Source of the DNA: an uncultured bacterium
Lineage (GTDB): Bacteria; Verrucomicrobiota; Verrucomicrobiia; Verrucomicrobiales; DEV007
NCBI GenBank assembly: GCA_963977015.1
Contig: CAXBMO010000003.1
Coordinates: 1-64,000, forward strand
Length of the DNA: 64,000 bases
Reading direction: 5' to 3'
In this document: positions 29,699 to 39,855 of the stretch, piece after piece
Layout of the letters: each line of letters opens with the position of its first letter
Position numbering within the stretch: position 1 is the first letter of the stretch
Program-made: the position numbers and the translations under genes
Notes under the pieces: generated by a model
What the model was told of the DNA's origin: nothing
What the model saw: the letters and a program-made list of their open reading frames with translations, nothing else
Databases searched by the model: none

Positions 29699-30583
29699 TT
29701 AAACACCCTTGGCGTCACGGCGAGCTGCCGGCCGCTCATCGCTCCGCGCCGTGGCCCGGTAGTTTGCCCGCTTGTATTGAGCGGCCAACAGAGCCATCAA
29801 GTGCGTCATCGCCGCTTCCATCTCGCTGATCATTTTCTGAACCTTCCCGCGGAAGATGGAATAGAAGATCAAGGCTGGAATCCCGATCGTCAGTCCGCTC
29901 GCCGTGGTGATCAGAGCTTGGGATACCCCTTGGCTGACCTGAACCTGAACGGCGCCGGAAGCTGCACTGAGGTCATTGAAAGACTTGATCATCCCCAAAA
30001 CCGTTCCCAAAAGACCGACCATTGGTGCCACCGAGCCAACATCCGCGAGGTAGGTGATGCGTTGGCTGAGAATACTGGCCTGCCGACTTCCTTCCGCTTC
30101 CGTGACTTCCCGAACCTCTTCGAAACTCGCAGTCGGGTTCTTGGTCGCGAAATCGAGCGTTTTGTAAGTTACCCGGGCGATGGCCTCATTCTCGCGATTA
30201 CAAACGGCGATCAACCCGAGATAGTCCTGTTTCCGGATCAAGGCGTCGGCTGCGTTCATGAACTTATCACTGACGACCGTTCCCTGCCGAATCGTAAGCA
30301 TGTAATAGAAAATCAGGAGAACCGCGACAAAGGACAGGGCCGCCAATGGGATCATGACGACGCCGCCCGTCTTGAGAACCTTAATGAATTCGACCGCTTT
30401 CTCGGTCGTTGAAGCACCAGGGACCTCAGCGGCCAACGTTGGATCAGCTTCTTCAGTGGTTGGCTCCTCTGGAGGAGGTGCGGCGGCAGGATCTTGCGCG
30501 AAGGCAAAAGAGCCGAGAAATGCCGAAAAGGCGAGAGCTAGGAAAAATCTCATGGAAAGATGTGTTAGCTGCGTCGTGGCCAC
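29699..30583 (-). CDS. exbB: MotA/TolQ/ExbB proton channel protein
   Basis: APMVGLLGTVLGMIKSF and GVSQALITTASGLTIGIPA motifs. Confidence 0.92.
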   Translation of the reverse strand: MATTQLTHLSMRFFLALAFSAFLGSFAFAQDPAAAPPPEEPTTEEADPTLAAEVPGASTTEKAVEFIKVLKTGGVVMIPLAALSFVAVLLIFYYMLTIRQGTVVSDKFMNAADALIRKQDYLGLIAVCNRENEAIARVTYKTLDFATKNPTASFEEVREVTEAEGSRQASILSQRITYLADVGSVAPMVGLLGTVLGMIKSFNDLSAASGAVQVQVSQGVSQALITTASGLTIGIPALIFYSIFRGKVQKMISEMEAAMTHLMALLAAQYKRANYRATARSDERPAARRDAKGV

Positions 30584-30645
30584 AACTTTTGTTTGTGTCA
30601 GTCAGTTAATGTCGAACCCTTAAGTTGTACGGAATTTAGGGGCGC

Positions 30646-30674
30646 ATCTTAGCGACCCTTTCTCGACGTTGCAA
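30646..30674 (-). promoter_or_regulatory. Sigma70-type promoter upstream of exbB
   Basis: Minus strand TTGCAA-N17-TAAGAT. Confidence 0.6.
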
Positions 30675-30779
30675 TCCTCACATTTCGAAAAATGCGAGGT
30701 GTTCCAAAGTCCAGAAATTCGATTTGCTGCCCGTCAAGGCCTCGGTAATTTTGATTCACAAATCCCACTATACTGACTC

Positions 30780-31898
30780 ATGAAGACGCTAGGCACTTTG
30801 GTGCTATTCATTGCTTCGATTTCCCCTTTAACGGCAGGGAAAGTTCTTGAACAGACCATCAAGGGAGCTCCCGACATCGGCCGAATCGATGTTGTCAGCT
30901 TTGCGCCGGAGAATGTTTTGCTGATCGGCGACGGGCAAAAGGCGCGGATTATCGCGGTCAAGGTGAGCGATGCCCCCAGATCCGAGGAGGCGTTTGAGCC
31001 AATCAAAAACCTCAATTCGGAAATTGCCGGAAGATTGGGCGTTCCGGCAGAAGATGCGGAAATCCTTGATCTGGCAGTGAATCCGGAAAGCGGAATTCCC
31101 TATCTCGCGGTTCGAAAGCAGGATGACAAGACGTATGTCATTCTGCGAATTCAGCCCAATCGGGAGATCGAATTGGTATCGCTTTCGGATGTGGAATACG
31201 CTTCCATTCCGATGCTGAATGGTGATGGAGCGCCAATCAGCAAAATTACCGATGTTGTCTGGGTGGGGGACCGTTTGGTTGCGGCAGGCCGGGCTTCCGA
31301 CGCGTTTGCCAGCAAGATCTTTGCGGTTGATGGCCCAATCGATCACGATAAGCCCGGACAAGTCTATAGTGCGGAGACCTATCATATTTCCCATCGCCGG
31401 TGGGAGACCAAGGCGCCGATGAGCGTGATGATTCCCTATCAGGAAAACGGAAAGAATTACATCGTTGGGGCTTTCAGCTGCACTCCGGTGGTGAAATATC
31501 CGATCGATGACCTTGAGCCAGGGGCGAAAATCAAGGGGATCAGCATGATTGAGCTGGGTTCCGGCAACCGTCCGATCGATATGTTTGCCTATGATGCAGA
31601 GGGAGCGGGATCAAGCATCCTGACGAACACATTTCGGTTTCATCATGAGAAGCGCCCGTTTGGCCCCAGCGCCCACCTGGCGTTTCGTTTTGACGAGGGG
31701 CTGCTTGGGAATGCCGAAAAAGTCAACGAACAGGCAACCCGAAGGTTGGATGCATCAACTCCCGAGAGCGAACGAATCGAAATCGCAGAACCTTTTCACG
31801 GCGTTGTGCAAATGGATCGCCTCAATCAGAAAACCGCTCTGGCTCTTCGTGAAGGAGAGGGGGGCGGCCTGGATTTGGTGACGATTGCGCTTCCATGA
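30780..31898 (+). CDS. Exported hypothetical protein, possibly beta-propeller
   Basis: Signal peptide, beta-strand-rich repeats (ILDLAVNP, ITDVVWV), block ETYHISH...ET.APM...CTPVV...ELGSGNRPIDM. Confidence 0.65.
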   Translation: MKTLGTLVLFIASISPLTAGKVLEQTIKGAPDIGRIDVVSFAPENVLLIGDGQKARIIAVKVSDAPRSEEAFEPIKNLNSEIAGRLGVPAEDAEILDLAVNPESGIPYLAVRKQDDKTYVILRIQPNREIELVSLSDVEYASIPMLNGDGAPISKITDVVWVGDRLVAAGRASDAFASKIFAVDGPIDHDKPGQVYSAETYHISHRRWETKAPMSVMIPYQENGKNYIVGAFSCTPVVKYPIDDLEPGAKIKGISMIELGSGNRPIDMFAYDAEGAGSSILTNTFRFHHEKRPFGPSAHLAFRFDEGLLGNAEKVNEQATRRLDASTPESERIEIAEPFHGVVQMDRLNQKTALALREGEGGGLDLVTIALP

Positions 31899-32941
31899 TT
31901 CTTGCTGTTGCGCTTGCGGCGACCCTTGCAGAAGCGGTGGTCCGCTTCGTGGTGGCGGCTCCGGCGAAGGTTGAGGTCATCGCCGAAACGGGCGATCGGG
32001 ATGCAAATCTCTCAATTCATCGGGTTGAACCCAAAACCGAGGAGTTGGGCCCTCCCATTTTCGCGGAGGTGAAAAGTGAAGCCAATCGGCTTCGGCTTAA
32101 ACCCCGGATTTCCCTGAGTGGGGGAGCCGAATATCGTGCCGTACTGCAGCTCTCAAACGGGAAGCGGATTGAAGCCGCCTACAAGGTCCCTCGGGTGGAA
32201 GGAACGGTTCCCCAGGTGACTCGAATTGAGCCGGGTTCCGGAGTCGTTCCGGCCAATCTTCTCAAGTTTTACGTCTACTTCGACCAGCCGATGCGGGAAG
32301 GTCGCGCCATCTTCGATCATTTCCATCTGGTGGACGACGCCGGGATGGAGATTGAAGCGCCTTGGCGCCGACAGGAAATTTGGGACCATGAAGTGAAGAG
32401 GCTGACGCTTCTCATTCATCCGGGAAGGATCAAACAAGGCGTCAATCTCCGTGAAGAATTGGGTCCTGTTCTTAAACCCGGCTCTCAATATCGGCTGGTC
32501 ATTGATCCGGACCTGAGAAGCGCACGGGGAGTCGAACTGGGAAAACTGGTCACCCACGAATTCGCGACCGGACCCGAGATCTATCAAATTTTGGATCCCG
32601 CAACTTGGGAGCTGGTAGTTCCGGGCACCGGGACCACGGAACCTCTGTCCGTTCGCACGGATCGCCCGGTGGACCACGCCATGGCGCAATGGCAACTGAA
32701 CGTGTTGAGCGAGGATCATGCTCCGATCAGGACAACCGTTGTGGTGAATCCGCAGTCGGGCGTAATTGAATTGGTGCCGGCGGATCCTTGGCGCGAAGCG
32801 GATTACTTTCTCGAGATTGGTGAATGGCTTGAAGATTTGGCGGGGAATACGAGACTCCGGGTTTTTGACACGGACCTTTCTCAACCCGAACCTAAGCCCG
32901 GTTTAAGCATTTTGAATTTTCACCCCGAAACCCGCAGTTAA
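31895..32941 (+). CDS. Hypothetical protein with Ig-like (Big_5/SbsA-like) domains
   Basis: P.NLLKFYVYFDQPM, LTLLIHPGRIKQG, LEDLAGN motifs; ATGA overlap with the upstream gene. Confidence 0.65.
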   Translation: MILAVALAATLAEAVVRFVVAAPAKVEVIAETGDRDANLSIHRVEPKTEELGPPIFAEVKSEANRLRLKPRISLSGGAEYRAVLQLSNGKRIEAAYKVPRVEGTVPQVTRIEPGSGVVPANLLKFYVYFDQPMREGRAIFDHFHLVDDAGMEIEAPWRRQEIWDHEVKRLTLLIHPGRIKQGVNLREELGPVLKPGSQYRLVIDPDLRSARGVELGKLVTHEFATGPEIYQILDPATWELVVPGTGTTEPLSVRTDRPVDHAMAQWQLNVLSEDHAPIRTTVVVNPQSGVIELVPADPWREADYFLEIGEWLEDLAGNTRLRVFDTDLSQPEPKPGLSILNFHPETRS

Positions 32942-33474
32942 TGGACGACAGCTACTTTAGCCAATTTATCAACGACCCCAGTCAGGAGAACTTCGCGGAG
33001 CTTAGAAACGCCCATTTGCAGAGCGGATATGATCCCTATTCCAGTGAATTGGAGGGAATCGATCAACTTCTCAAAGAGGCCAAGTTCGAAGAGGTGGTTG
33101 CACGCATCAAACAGGTCATGACGCCCAATTTTCTGCTGAGCCCATCCACTCATTTGAGGTTGGCCGCAGCTTATGAGGGGACCGGTGATCAAGAGAAATG
33201 TGAGCTGGAGCGAGCCATTGGAAGGGCCCTGATCAAGGGGATTCAGGAAAGCGGAAAGGGAACGCCTGAAGAGCCATACAAAGTAACACGGACCTCTGAT
33301 GAGTATGATCTTTTGTATTTTGAAGGACTGAAATTCGAGTCCCAAAGCCTGAGGGAGGTGGATGGGCGTCGAATGGATGTCCTAAAGACGAAGGAAGGTC
33401 GGGAAATCTGGTTCGATGTCAGCGATCTGCTGGCCGCCATCAAAGCGAAGCTGACCAAGAAGGGCCCTCAATAA
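32941..33474 (+). CDS. DUF4919-like protein
   Basis: SGKGTPEEPYKV...DEYDLL...QSL...IWFDVS pattern; TAATG overlap with the upstream gene. Confidence 0.65.
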   Translation: MDDSYFSQFINDPSQENFAELRNAHLQSGYDPYSSELEGIDQLLKEAKFEEVVARIKQVMTPNFLLSPSTHLRLAAAYEGTGDQEKCELERAIGRALIKGIQESGKGTPEEPYKVTRTSDEYDLLYFEGLKFESQSLREVDGRRMDVLKTKEGREIWFDVSDLLAAIKAKLTKKGPQ

Positions 33475-33491
33475 CGTTGCGCGCCCGGCTT

Positions 33492-34595
33492 CTAAGTCGG
33501 CTTGTGACCGATGAGGTCGCGGAGACGATTGCGGAGCTCATCCAGGCCGGTTTCCTCAAGCGCGGAAATTGGGAAGACTTCGATCTTTGGAAAGCGCTGC
33601 TGGAACTGGGCCAACTTTTCGTCGGCGTCTTCCAGATCCATTTTGTTCGCGACAATAATCCAAGGCCGCTTCGACAGGTCTTCATCGTAGAGTTTGATCT
33701 CTTTGCGGAGTGTTTCGAGATCCTCGATCGGATCCCGCCCTTCGCTTCCTGCCATGTCGATGACAAAGACCAGCAGATTGCAGCGCCAGATATGCCGAAG
33801 AAACTCGTGGCCCAAGCCCACGTTTTCGTGTGCGCCCTCGATCAAGCCGGGAATATCGGCAATGGTGGTCCGGCAAAAACCCGGAAATTCAAGAACTCCG
33901 ACTTGGGGAGTCAACGTGGTAAACGGGTAAGCCGCGATTTTTGGCTTCGCGTGTGAGAGCTTCGTCAGAAGTGTCGATTTTCCTGCGTTGGGGAATCCTA
34001 CCAAACCGGCGTCTGCGATTCGGCGAAGCTCCATGTAGAAATACCCTTCTTCACCAGGCTCACCGGGTTCTGCTTCGGTCGGCGCACGGTTGGTCGAACT
34101 CTTGAAGTGAACGTTGCCCCTTCCTCCTTTCCCTCCTTTGCAGAGCACGAACTTCTCGCCAATCTCGGTCAAATCCGCGACCAACTCTCCCTCGACCCGA
34201 TTGTCGGCAGGCGCCAACACGTCTTCGGCCTGGGCGTCCAGGTCATAAAGAAACGCCATCCCGTCTTCAACATTTTCCGGCTCCTCGGTTTTCGGCCCTT
34301 TCGCCGTATAGATCAGGGTTCCCGGCGGCACGGAGATGACCATGGTTTTGCCGCTTTTGCCGGTCTTTTGCTGGCCTTGCCCGTGGTCGCCCCGTGGAGC
34401 TTTCAGGTTCGGTTTAAAGAAGAACGCCTTCAGGTTGTCGGTGTGCTCATCGACGCGCAGGACGATATCCGCGCCCTTTCCTCCGTCCCCCCCATCGGGT
34501 CCCCCTTTGGGAATAAACTTAGCCCGGTGAAAGCTGGCACTTCCATTGCCGCCGTCGCCTGCTTTGGCGTAAATGCGAAGATGATCCACAAACAT
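33492..34595 (-). CDS. obgE: GTPase ObgE/CgtA
   Basis: MFVD..., GGPDGGDGGKG, GFPNAGKST, YPFTTL, DIPGLIEGA, NKMD. Confidence 0.97.
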   Translation of the reverse strand: MFVDHLRIYAKAGDGGNGSASFHRAKFIPKGGPDGGDGGKGADIVLRVDEHTDNLKAFFFKPNLKAPRGDHGQGQQKTGKSGKTMVISVPPGTLIYTAKGPKTEEPENVEDGMAFLYDLDAQAEDVLAPADNRVEGELVADLTEIGEKFVLCKGGKGGRGNVHFKSSTNRAPTEAEPGEPGEEGYFYMELRRIADAGLVGFPNAGKSTLLTKLSHAKPKIAAYPFTTLTPQVGVLEFPGFCRTTIADIPGLIEGAHENVGLGHEFLRHIWRCNLLVFVIDMAGSEGRDPIEDLETLRKEIKLYDEDLSKRPWIIVANKMDLEDADEKLAQFQQRFPKIEVFPISALEETGLDELRNRLRDLIGHKPT

Positions 34596-34669
34596 GCCCC
34601 AACTTCTCAGGTTTCACCCAAACTGCAAGGCGTGTAACCGTTCAAAGATTTCTTTCGTCTCGCCCAATC

Positions 34670-36184
34670 ATGAAGTTCCTCTTTTTCGTCTTCGTTCTCT
34701 CTAGCCCGTTGATGCTGTTGGCCGAGGAAATCACCTTCAATCAGCATATTGGGCCACTCGTTTATCAAAAATGCGCCACTTGTCACCACCCGGGCGCGGC
34801 GGGGCCTTTTTCACTGCTCTCCTACAGTGAGGTGAGTAAGAAAGCGCGCACGATCCGACGTGCGGTCGAAAGTCAATACATGCCGCCGTGGCATCCCGTC
34901 GATGCCGGGGTTGAGTTTGCCCACAATCGGAGTTTATCAGCAGCAGAGGTCGCGATGTTCGGAGCTTGGATTGAAGGAGGGAAGCTGGAGGGAACTGGCC
35001 CGGCGCCGGCAGCTCCTTCGTTTGCGGATGGCTGGTCGCTGGGCGAGCCGGATTTGGTCGTTTCGATGAAGGAAGCGTTTCCTGTTCCGGCGGAAGGTCC
35101 TGACATTTACCGGAATTTCGCTCTGAAGCTCGATCTGCCCGACGACAAGTGGGTCACCGCGATTGAGCTGCGCCCAAGTGCGCGGAGTGCGGTTCATCAT
35201 TCACTGTTTTTCCTCGATGATACCGGAACCGCTCTTGAAATGGACGGAAAAGATGGAAAGCCGGGCTTTCGAGGGATGGCTTTTCGGAGAACGGGACGAC
35301 TCGGTGGGTATGTGCCTGGATCGACCACCCAGTTTCTGCCGGAAGGGCTTGCCATGGCGCTTCCCAAAGGGAGCGATCTGGTTCTGTCGACGCACTTTCA
35401 TCCAACAGGAAAGGAAGAATTGGAAATGAGCACCGTGGGACTCTATTTCGCAGATGGACCGCCGAGCCGGACCTTGGCCAACATTCAGGTGCCACCCGCG
35501 TTTGGTCGCGGCTTGGGAATTGATGTTCCCGCCGGCGAATCCAACTACCGGCGGTCCGATTCGTTTGTTCTCCCCGTTGGAGTTGATGCGTTCGCGGTTG
35601 GTGGCCATGCGCATTACATCTGTAAAGAGATGAAAATGACTGCGGTTAGCCCTGACGGCGAGGAGACAATTCTGCTGCAGATCGATAATTGGGATCTGAA
35701 CTGGCAGGACCGCTACTTTTTCAAGCAACCGATTCACCTCGTGGCAGGAACGGAAATCCGCACGGATTTGGTTTACGACAATAGCGCAGACAATCCGGAC
35801 AACCCGTTCGATCCCCCTCAGCGGATTCGGTGGGGGCATGAAAGCACGGACGAGATGGGCAGCATCACTCTGATGGTGGCACCTAGCGAAAATGTGGACG
35901 AAGCCAAGCTCGCTCGGGCTTCCCGAATGAAGCAGGTCGAGGTTCTGGGCGCGGTCGCTCGGGAAATGAGGGAGGGATCCGGTTCCGCAATGGTCAAGCG
36001 CATTGGGCAGTTGGATACCAATCGCAACGGGTTGATCGAAAAAGCGGAGATTCCGGAACGATTTCGGGCGCGGGTGCTTCAGAATTTTGATGGAAACAAG
36101 GATGATGCGATCGATCGCAAAGAACTGGGCGCGTTGCTGGAATCGATTCGCAACGGGTTGGTCAATGCTGGAGGTCAGGAATGA
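34670..36184 (+). CDS. Exported cytochrome c / copper type II monooxygenase-like / EF-hand protein
   Basis: Signal peptide, CATCH heme motif plus MPPW, VHH, HFH, HAH and DEM copper-ligand-like motifs, two EF-hand loops (DTNRNGLIEKAE, DGNKDDAIDRKE). Confidence 0.78.
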   Translation: MKFLFFVFVLSSPLMLLAEEITFNQHIGPLVYQKCATCHHPGAAGPFSLLSYSEVSKKARTIRRAVESQYMPPWHPVDAGVEFAHNRSLSAAEVAMFGAWIEGGKLEGTGPAPAAPSFADGWSLGEPDLVVSMKEAFPVPAEGPDIYRNFALKLDLPDDKWVTAIELRPSARSAVHHSLFFLDDTGTALEMDGKDGKPGFRGMAFRRTGRLGGYVPGSTTQFLPEGLAMALPKGSDLVLSTHFHPTGKEELEMSTVGLYFADGPPSRTLANIQVPPAFGRGLGIDVPAGESNYRRSDSFVLPVGVDAFAVGGHAHYICKEMKMTAVSPDGEETILLQIDNWDLNWQDRYFFKQPIHLVAGTEIRTDLVYDNSADNPDNPFDPPQRIRWGHESTDEMGSITLMVAPSENVDEAKLARASRMKQVEVLGAVAREMREGSGSAMVKRIGQLDTNRNGLIEKAEIPERFRARVLQNFDGNKDDAIDRKELGALLESIRNGLVNAGGQE

Positions 36185-36762
36185 AACCGTTTCTAGTGGC
36201 AGTTGTCTTTTTACTCGGATTCCTGCTTCCAAGTTTGGGAAATGAGCAGGGAGCTGGGATTGAGCTCAAAGACCTGAAAGGACAGAGCGTCCGACCTTTG
36301 GAGTGTGTGACTGGAGAGGCGTTTTCAGTGGTCATCTTCATCACCACCGATTGCCCGATCGCGAATGCTCTCATTCCGGAAATGAATCGACTGGCGGAAC
36401 AGGTGCAATCCCGTGGCGGAAAGCTCACGTTGGTCCAAGTCGATTGGGAACTCAGTGATGTGGACGCCCTCAAGCATGCAACGGAGTTTGGCATTCAAGC
36501 ACCGGTCGTCATTGATCGAAATCATGATCTCGTTCGCTCGACCAAGGCGACCATGACCCCGGAAGCCTTTCTTCTCAGCAAAACCGGACGAATTTTGTAT
36601 CAGGGGCGGATCAACAACCTGTTTACCGACTATGGGGATCGGAGAAAGACGGTAACCAAGCATGATTTGCGCGTCGCCATTGAGCAATATCTCGCTGGGG
36701 AAGAGGTTTCCCATCCGAAGGTGGAGGCTCTCGGCTGCTTTATTCCCGAATTGCCGAAGTGA
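36181..36762 (+). CDS. Exported thioredoxin-fold redoxin (AhpC/TSA-like)
   Basis: FITTDCPIAN, TPEAFL, YQGRI, GCFI; ATGA overlap with the monooxygenase-like gene. Confidence 0.85.
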   Translation: MKPFLVAVVFLLGFLLPSLGNEQGAGIELKDLKGQSVRPLECVTGEAFSVVIFITTDCPIANALIPEMNRLAEQVQSRGGKLTLVQVDWELSDVDALKHATEFGIQAPVVIDRNHDLVRSTKATMTPEAFLLSKTGRILYQGRINNLFTDYGDRRKTVTKHDLRVAIEQYLAGEEVSHPKVEALGCFIPELPK

Positions 36763-36818
36763 TGCAATCCACGCGAACTTCCTTGCATTGATCGATGAGA
36801 CGATGTGAAGCTGCGGGA

Positions 36819-37562
36819 ATGAGTCGCAAAATCCTCAAGTACCTTCCGGTTCTGGTCGCCGTGGCGGTGATGTCCTGCTCGAATGATGACGAGTCTTCAT
36901 CCGTGGCAACCACGGTTCCCGAACCAGCGGAAGAGTCGGCTTCGCCCGAAACTCCGAAGCCGGAGGAATCATCCTTGTTTTCTCCAATCAGCGCCGCGCA
37001 TGAGAAGAATATGGAGCAACGGAAGGAAGAGGCGGCTGAGATCGAGCGAAGGATCGAGGCTGCGGCAAAGGTTCGTGACGCGGAGTTCCTCGTCGAAGTG
37101 AAAGCAAAGCTGGTGGAATACAAATCCCACTATGCGTCCCAATACGCGGAACAGATCCAATCTTCAGTCACCCAGTATCGCACTGATCTCCAGGCAAAGT
37201 ATCTGGAGACGCTCAAGCAGAACTACGACGCTGCCCAGGCTGGCGGCATGACGGTTCTGGCACAGCAGATTGCAGAGGAAGGAAAGCGCCTCAAGGCCGG
37301 GCAACCGGTTCCCCGTCCTCCGGCTGAGAGCGACCAGGCCAATCCGGGGATGCAGCTTCTCTTCGATCTTCGCAAATGGTATCACGATGGGGCGGCAAGC
37401 ATCGACGAATCCAAAAGAACCAGCGAAGCCGCGCTAACGGAAGCCTACCGAAACACCCTTGCCGAATACCACGGACACGTTTCGCAAATGTCGCCCCCGG
37501 AGGCTGCCGAGGCTGTTGCCAATGCGTTGGCCGAAGTCAAAGGGGATTGGTGGACTCAATAA
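36819..37562 (+). CDS. Helical hypothetical lipoprotein
   Basis: MSRKILKYLPVLVAVAVMSC lipobox, Pro/Glu linker, coiled-coil-like body. Confidence 0.65.
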   Translation: MSRKILKYLPVLVAVAVMSCSNDDESSSVATTVPEPAEESASPETPKPEESSLFSPISAAHEKNMEQRKEEAAEIERRIEAAAKVRDAEFLVEVKAKLVEYKSHYASQYAEQIQSSVTQYRTDLQAKYLETLKQNYDAAQAGGMTVLAQQIAEEGKRLKAGQPVPRPPAESDQANPGMQLLFDLRKWYHDGAASIDESKRTSEAALTEAYRNTLAEYHGHVSQMSPPEAAEAVANALAEVKGDWWTQ

Positions 37563-37569
37563 GTCGCCC

Positions 37570-39039
37570 CTAAGCGAAAAGCTTTAACGCTGCCTGCGCC
37601 TTCACCAGTTCCCTGGGCTGGTTCAGGTGGTTGTAGACAATGGTCTCGGGATCGATGCCCATGGAGTGATAAATCGTTGCCAGGACTTCGCACGGATGAA
37701 CGGGATCTTCGGTTGGCGCTGATCCGGTTTTGTCCGATTTGCCGTGACCGTATCCACGCTTAATTCCGGCACCACCGATGATCGATGTGTAGCAATAGGG
37801 CCAGTGGTCGCGACCATCGGCGCTGTTCCCGTTTCCTGAAGTCGAAACTCCCTTCTCCGGGCTGCGACCAAACTCACCAATCGCGACGACGAGTGTTTCG
37901 TCGAGAAGGCCGCGGTCGTCGAGATCTTCGAACAGAGCGGAAAGCCCGGCATCAAGCATCGGACCGCTCTGATCCTTCATCCGCTTGGGCAGTCCGGAAT
38001 GATGATCCCAACTGTGATTGTTGGAGTTCGCCACTTTGGGCCAAATCACTTCAACGACCTTGGTTCCGGCCTCGACCAGACGGCGAGCGAGCAGGCAGCT
38101 TTGGCCAAACGTGTTCCGCCCGTAAAGATTACGGGTTCTTTCGTCTTCTGCTTCGATGTCGAAGGCATCCCGGGCTCGGCCGGACACGATCAGGCTCAAC
38201 GCTTTGTCGTAATATTCATCCAGATTGTAGTCCTCAACTGCTTTCTCGATCACGGGCATTTGGGCCGTGAGGGCTTCACGCAGCTTTGCGCGGCGTTGCA
38301 ATCTCAAGGAGAAAACCTCCGGGCGCAGCTGAAGGTCATCCACCTTGATCCGCTCCAGCTTGTTCATATCCATGTCGTCACCGTCCGGAAACAGGTAATA
38401 GGGATCGTAGGCCTTGCCGAGAAACCCGGCTGTTCCGCCTTTGTTGATGACGCCTGACTCTTGGAGCGGACGTGGCATCACGACAAATGGCAACATCGGC
38501 TCATCGGTCGGCCTCAGGCGAATGATGTTCGAGCCGAAGTTCGGGAAATCCTTCGGGCTGGGCGGTTCCAGCTGGCCGCTAGGGCTCACTTTATCCGTCG
38601 TGTAACCCGTCATGATCTGGTAAATCGCCGCGGTATGATTAAACAGACCATTGGGCGTATAGCTCATGCTCTGGATCGTGGTGAAACGATCGTTCACCTT
38701 TGCCAGCCTGGGCAGAATCTCGGTGTATTGGATGCCATCGACCTTGGTCGGAATGGGCTTGAAGATCGATCGAACGTTGTCCGGTGCATCCGGTTTTGGA
38801 TCCCAAAGATCAAGATGGCTCGGGCCGCCTTGAAGATAGATCATGATGACGCTCTTCGCCTTTCCCCAACCCGGCGATCCCACCAAACCCGAGTTTGCGC
38901 TCGCGCTTTGCACCGCCAGAATGTTGTTCAAACTCATCCCCAACATGCCGGCTCCACCGACTCGAAGGAAGTCACGTCGCGTTGGTCGCAAATGGGAGTC
39001 GCAGAGGTCTTGGGCTACAGAACCGGGGATTCGAATCAT
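37570..39039 (-). CDS. DUF1501 domain protein with Tat signal
   Basis: [56 protein letters not shown]. Confidence 0.92.
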   Translation of the reverse strand: MIRIPGSVAQDLCDSHLRPTRRDFLRVGGAGMLGMSLNNILAVQSASANSGLVGSPGWGKAKSVIMIYLQGGPSHLDLWDPKPDAPDNVRSIFKPIPTKVDGIQYTEILPRLAKVNDRFTTIQSMSYTPNGLFNHTAAIYQIMTGYTTDKVSPSGQLEPPSPKDFPNFGSNIIRLRPTDEPMLPFVVMPRPLQESGVINKGGTAGFLGKAYDPYYLFPDGDDMDMNKLERIKVDDLQLRPEVFSLRLQRRAKLREALTAQMPVIEKAVEDYNLDEYYDKALSLIVSGRARDAFDIEAEDERTRNLYGRNTFGQSCLLARRLVEAGTKVVEVIWPKVANSNNHSWDHHSGLPKRMKDQSGPMLDAGLSALFEDLDDRGLLDETLVVAIGEFGRSPEKGVSTSGNGNSADGRDHWPYCYTSIIGGAGIKRGYGHGKSDKTGSAPTEDPVHPCEVLATIYHSMGIDPETIVYNHLNQPRELVKAQAALKLFA

Positions 39040-39088
39040 GGCGGTAAATGGGGGCTTTACCTAGAATACGGGATTTTTCGGCGGATTC

Positions 39089-39826
39089 TTACATGAATCG
39101 CCATTGGGGGGCGCTCCCATCGGAGAGCAAAACTCGAGCGGGAGAGGCCGTTTCCAACGCTGCCGAGTTGTCTTTCTCAGCCCCAGATTCGCTGATGTAG
39201 ATGAAGTAGACCAGAAGGCCAAGGATCACGAGCGAGAGAAAGAGGTGAAAGATCTGGCTGTGATTCGGACGGAGGAAAAACGCCGTCAGCACGATCAAAA
39301 ACGCGATGCCGCGCAGGGCCAATTCCGATTGATTGTTCTCCCAGGTCTTGTCCCACAGAAAAATCGCCTGAAGAAGCGCGGTCACGATCAGCGCACCGAC
39401 AATCAGGTAGAAAGCGCGCGCCTGGTCCGTGAAGTGTTCCTTCATCGAAAACTCTTCGACATCGCGGAGGTCTTTGCACAGAACCGCCGTCGCACCATAA
39501 ATGAAGAGGGGCATGAGCAGCAGTCGGGCGTAACTCAAAAAGGTGAAGTCTTCGGCCAACTGCGGTTGACCTTTGAGGTCCCAGGCCGACCACCAGTAGA
39601 AAATCTGGTAGGTGAAGAGGGCCAGCATGTAGATGAGGAAAGTCGGATGCCAGGTCACCACATCACGATTGATGATGATTTGCCCGGAAAACGTGACCAA
39701 CCGGCCTATTGAAAGACCGACGACGACGCCGATCAGGACGATGAGAAAGTCGAGCCTCGTTGGTTGGATGAGAACATATTGCACGTTCTCCTCAGCCAAC
39801 CCGCCAATGGTTTGAGCTAACAGCAT
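39089..39826 (-). CDS. Multi-pass membrane hypothetical protein
   Basis: About six hydrophobic helices; no recognised family. Confidence 0.7.
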   Translation of the reverse strand: MLLAQTIGGLAEENVQYVLIQPTRLDFLIVLIGVVVGLSIGRLVTFSGQIIINRDVVTWHPTFLIYMLALFTYQIFYWWSAWDLKGQPQLAEDFTFLSYARLLLMPLFIYGATAVLCKDLRDVEEFSMKEHFTDQARAFYLIVGALIVTALLQAIFLWDKTWENNQSELALRGIAFLIVLTAFFLRPNHSQIFHLFLSLVILGLLVYFIYISESGAEKDNSAALETASPARVLLSDGSAPQWRFM

Positions 39827-39855
39827 AGTTCCAAAAATGGTTCAGAAGTTTCTCA

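Noticed and set aside
35201-36232. 343-aa minus-strand ORF
   Set aside because: Antisense to the monooxygenase-like gene; no recognisable features.
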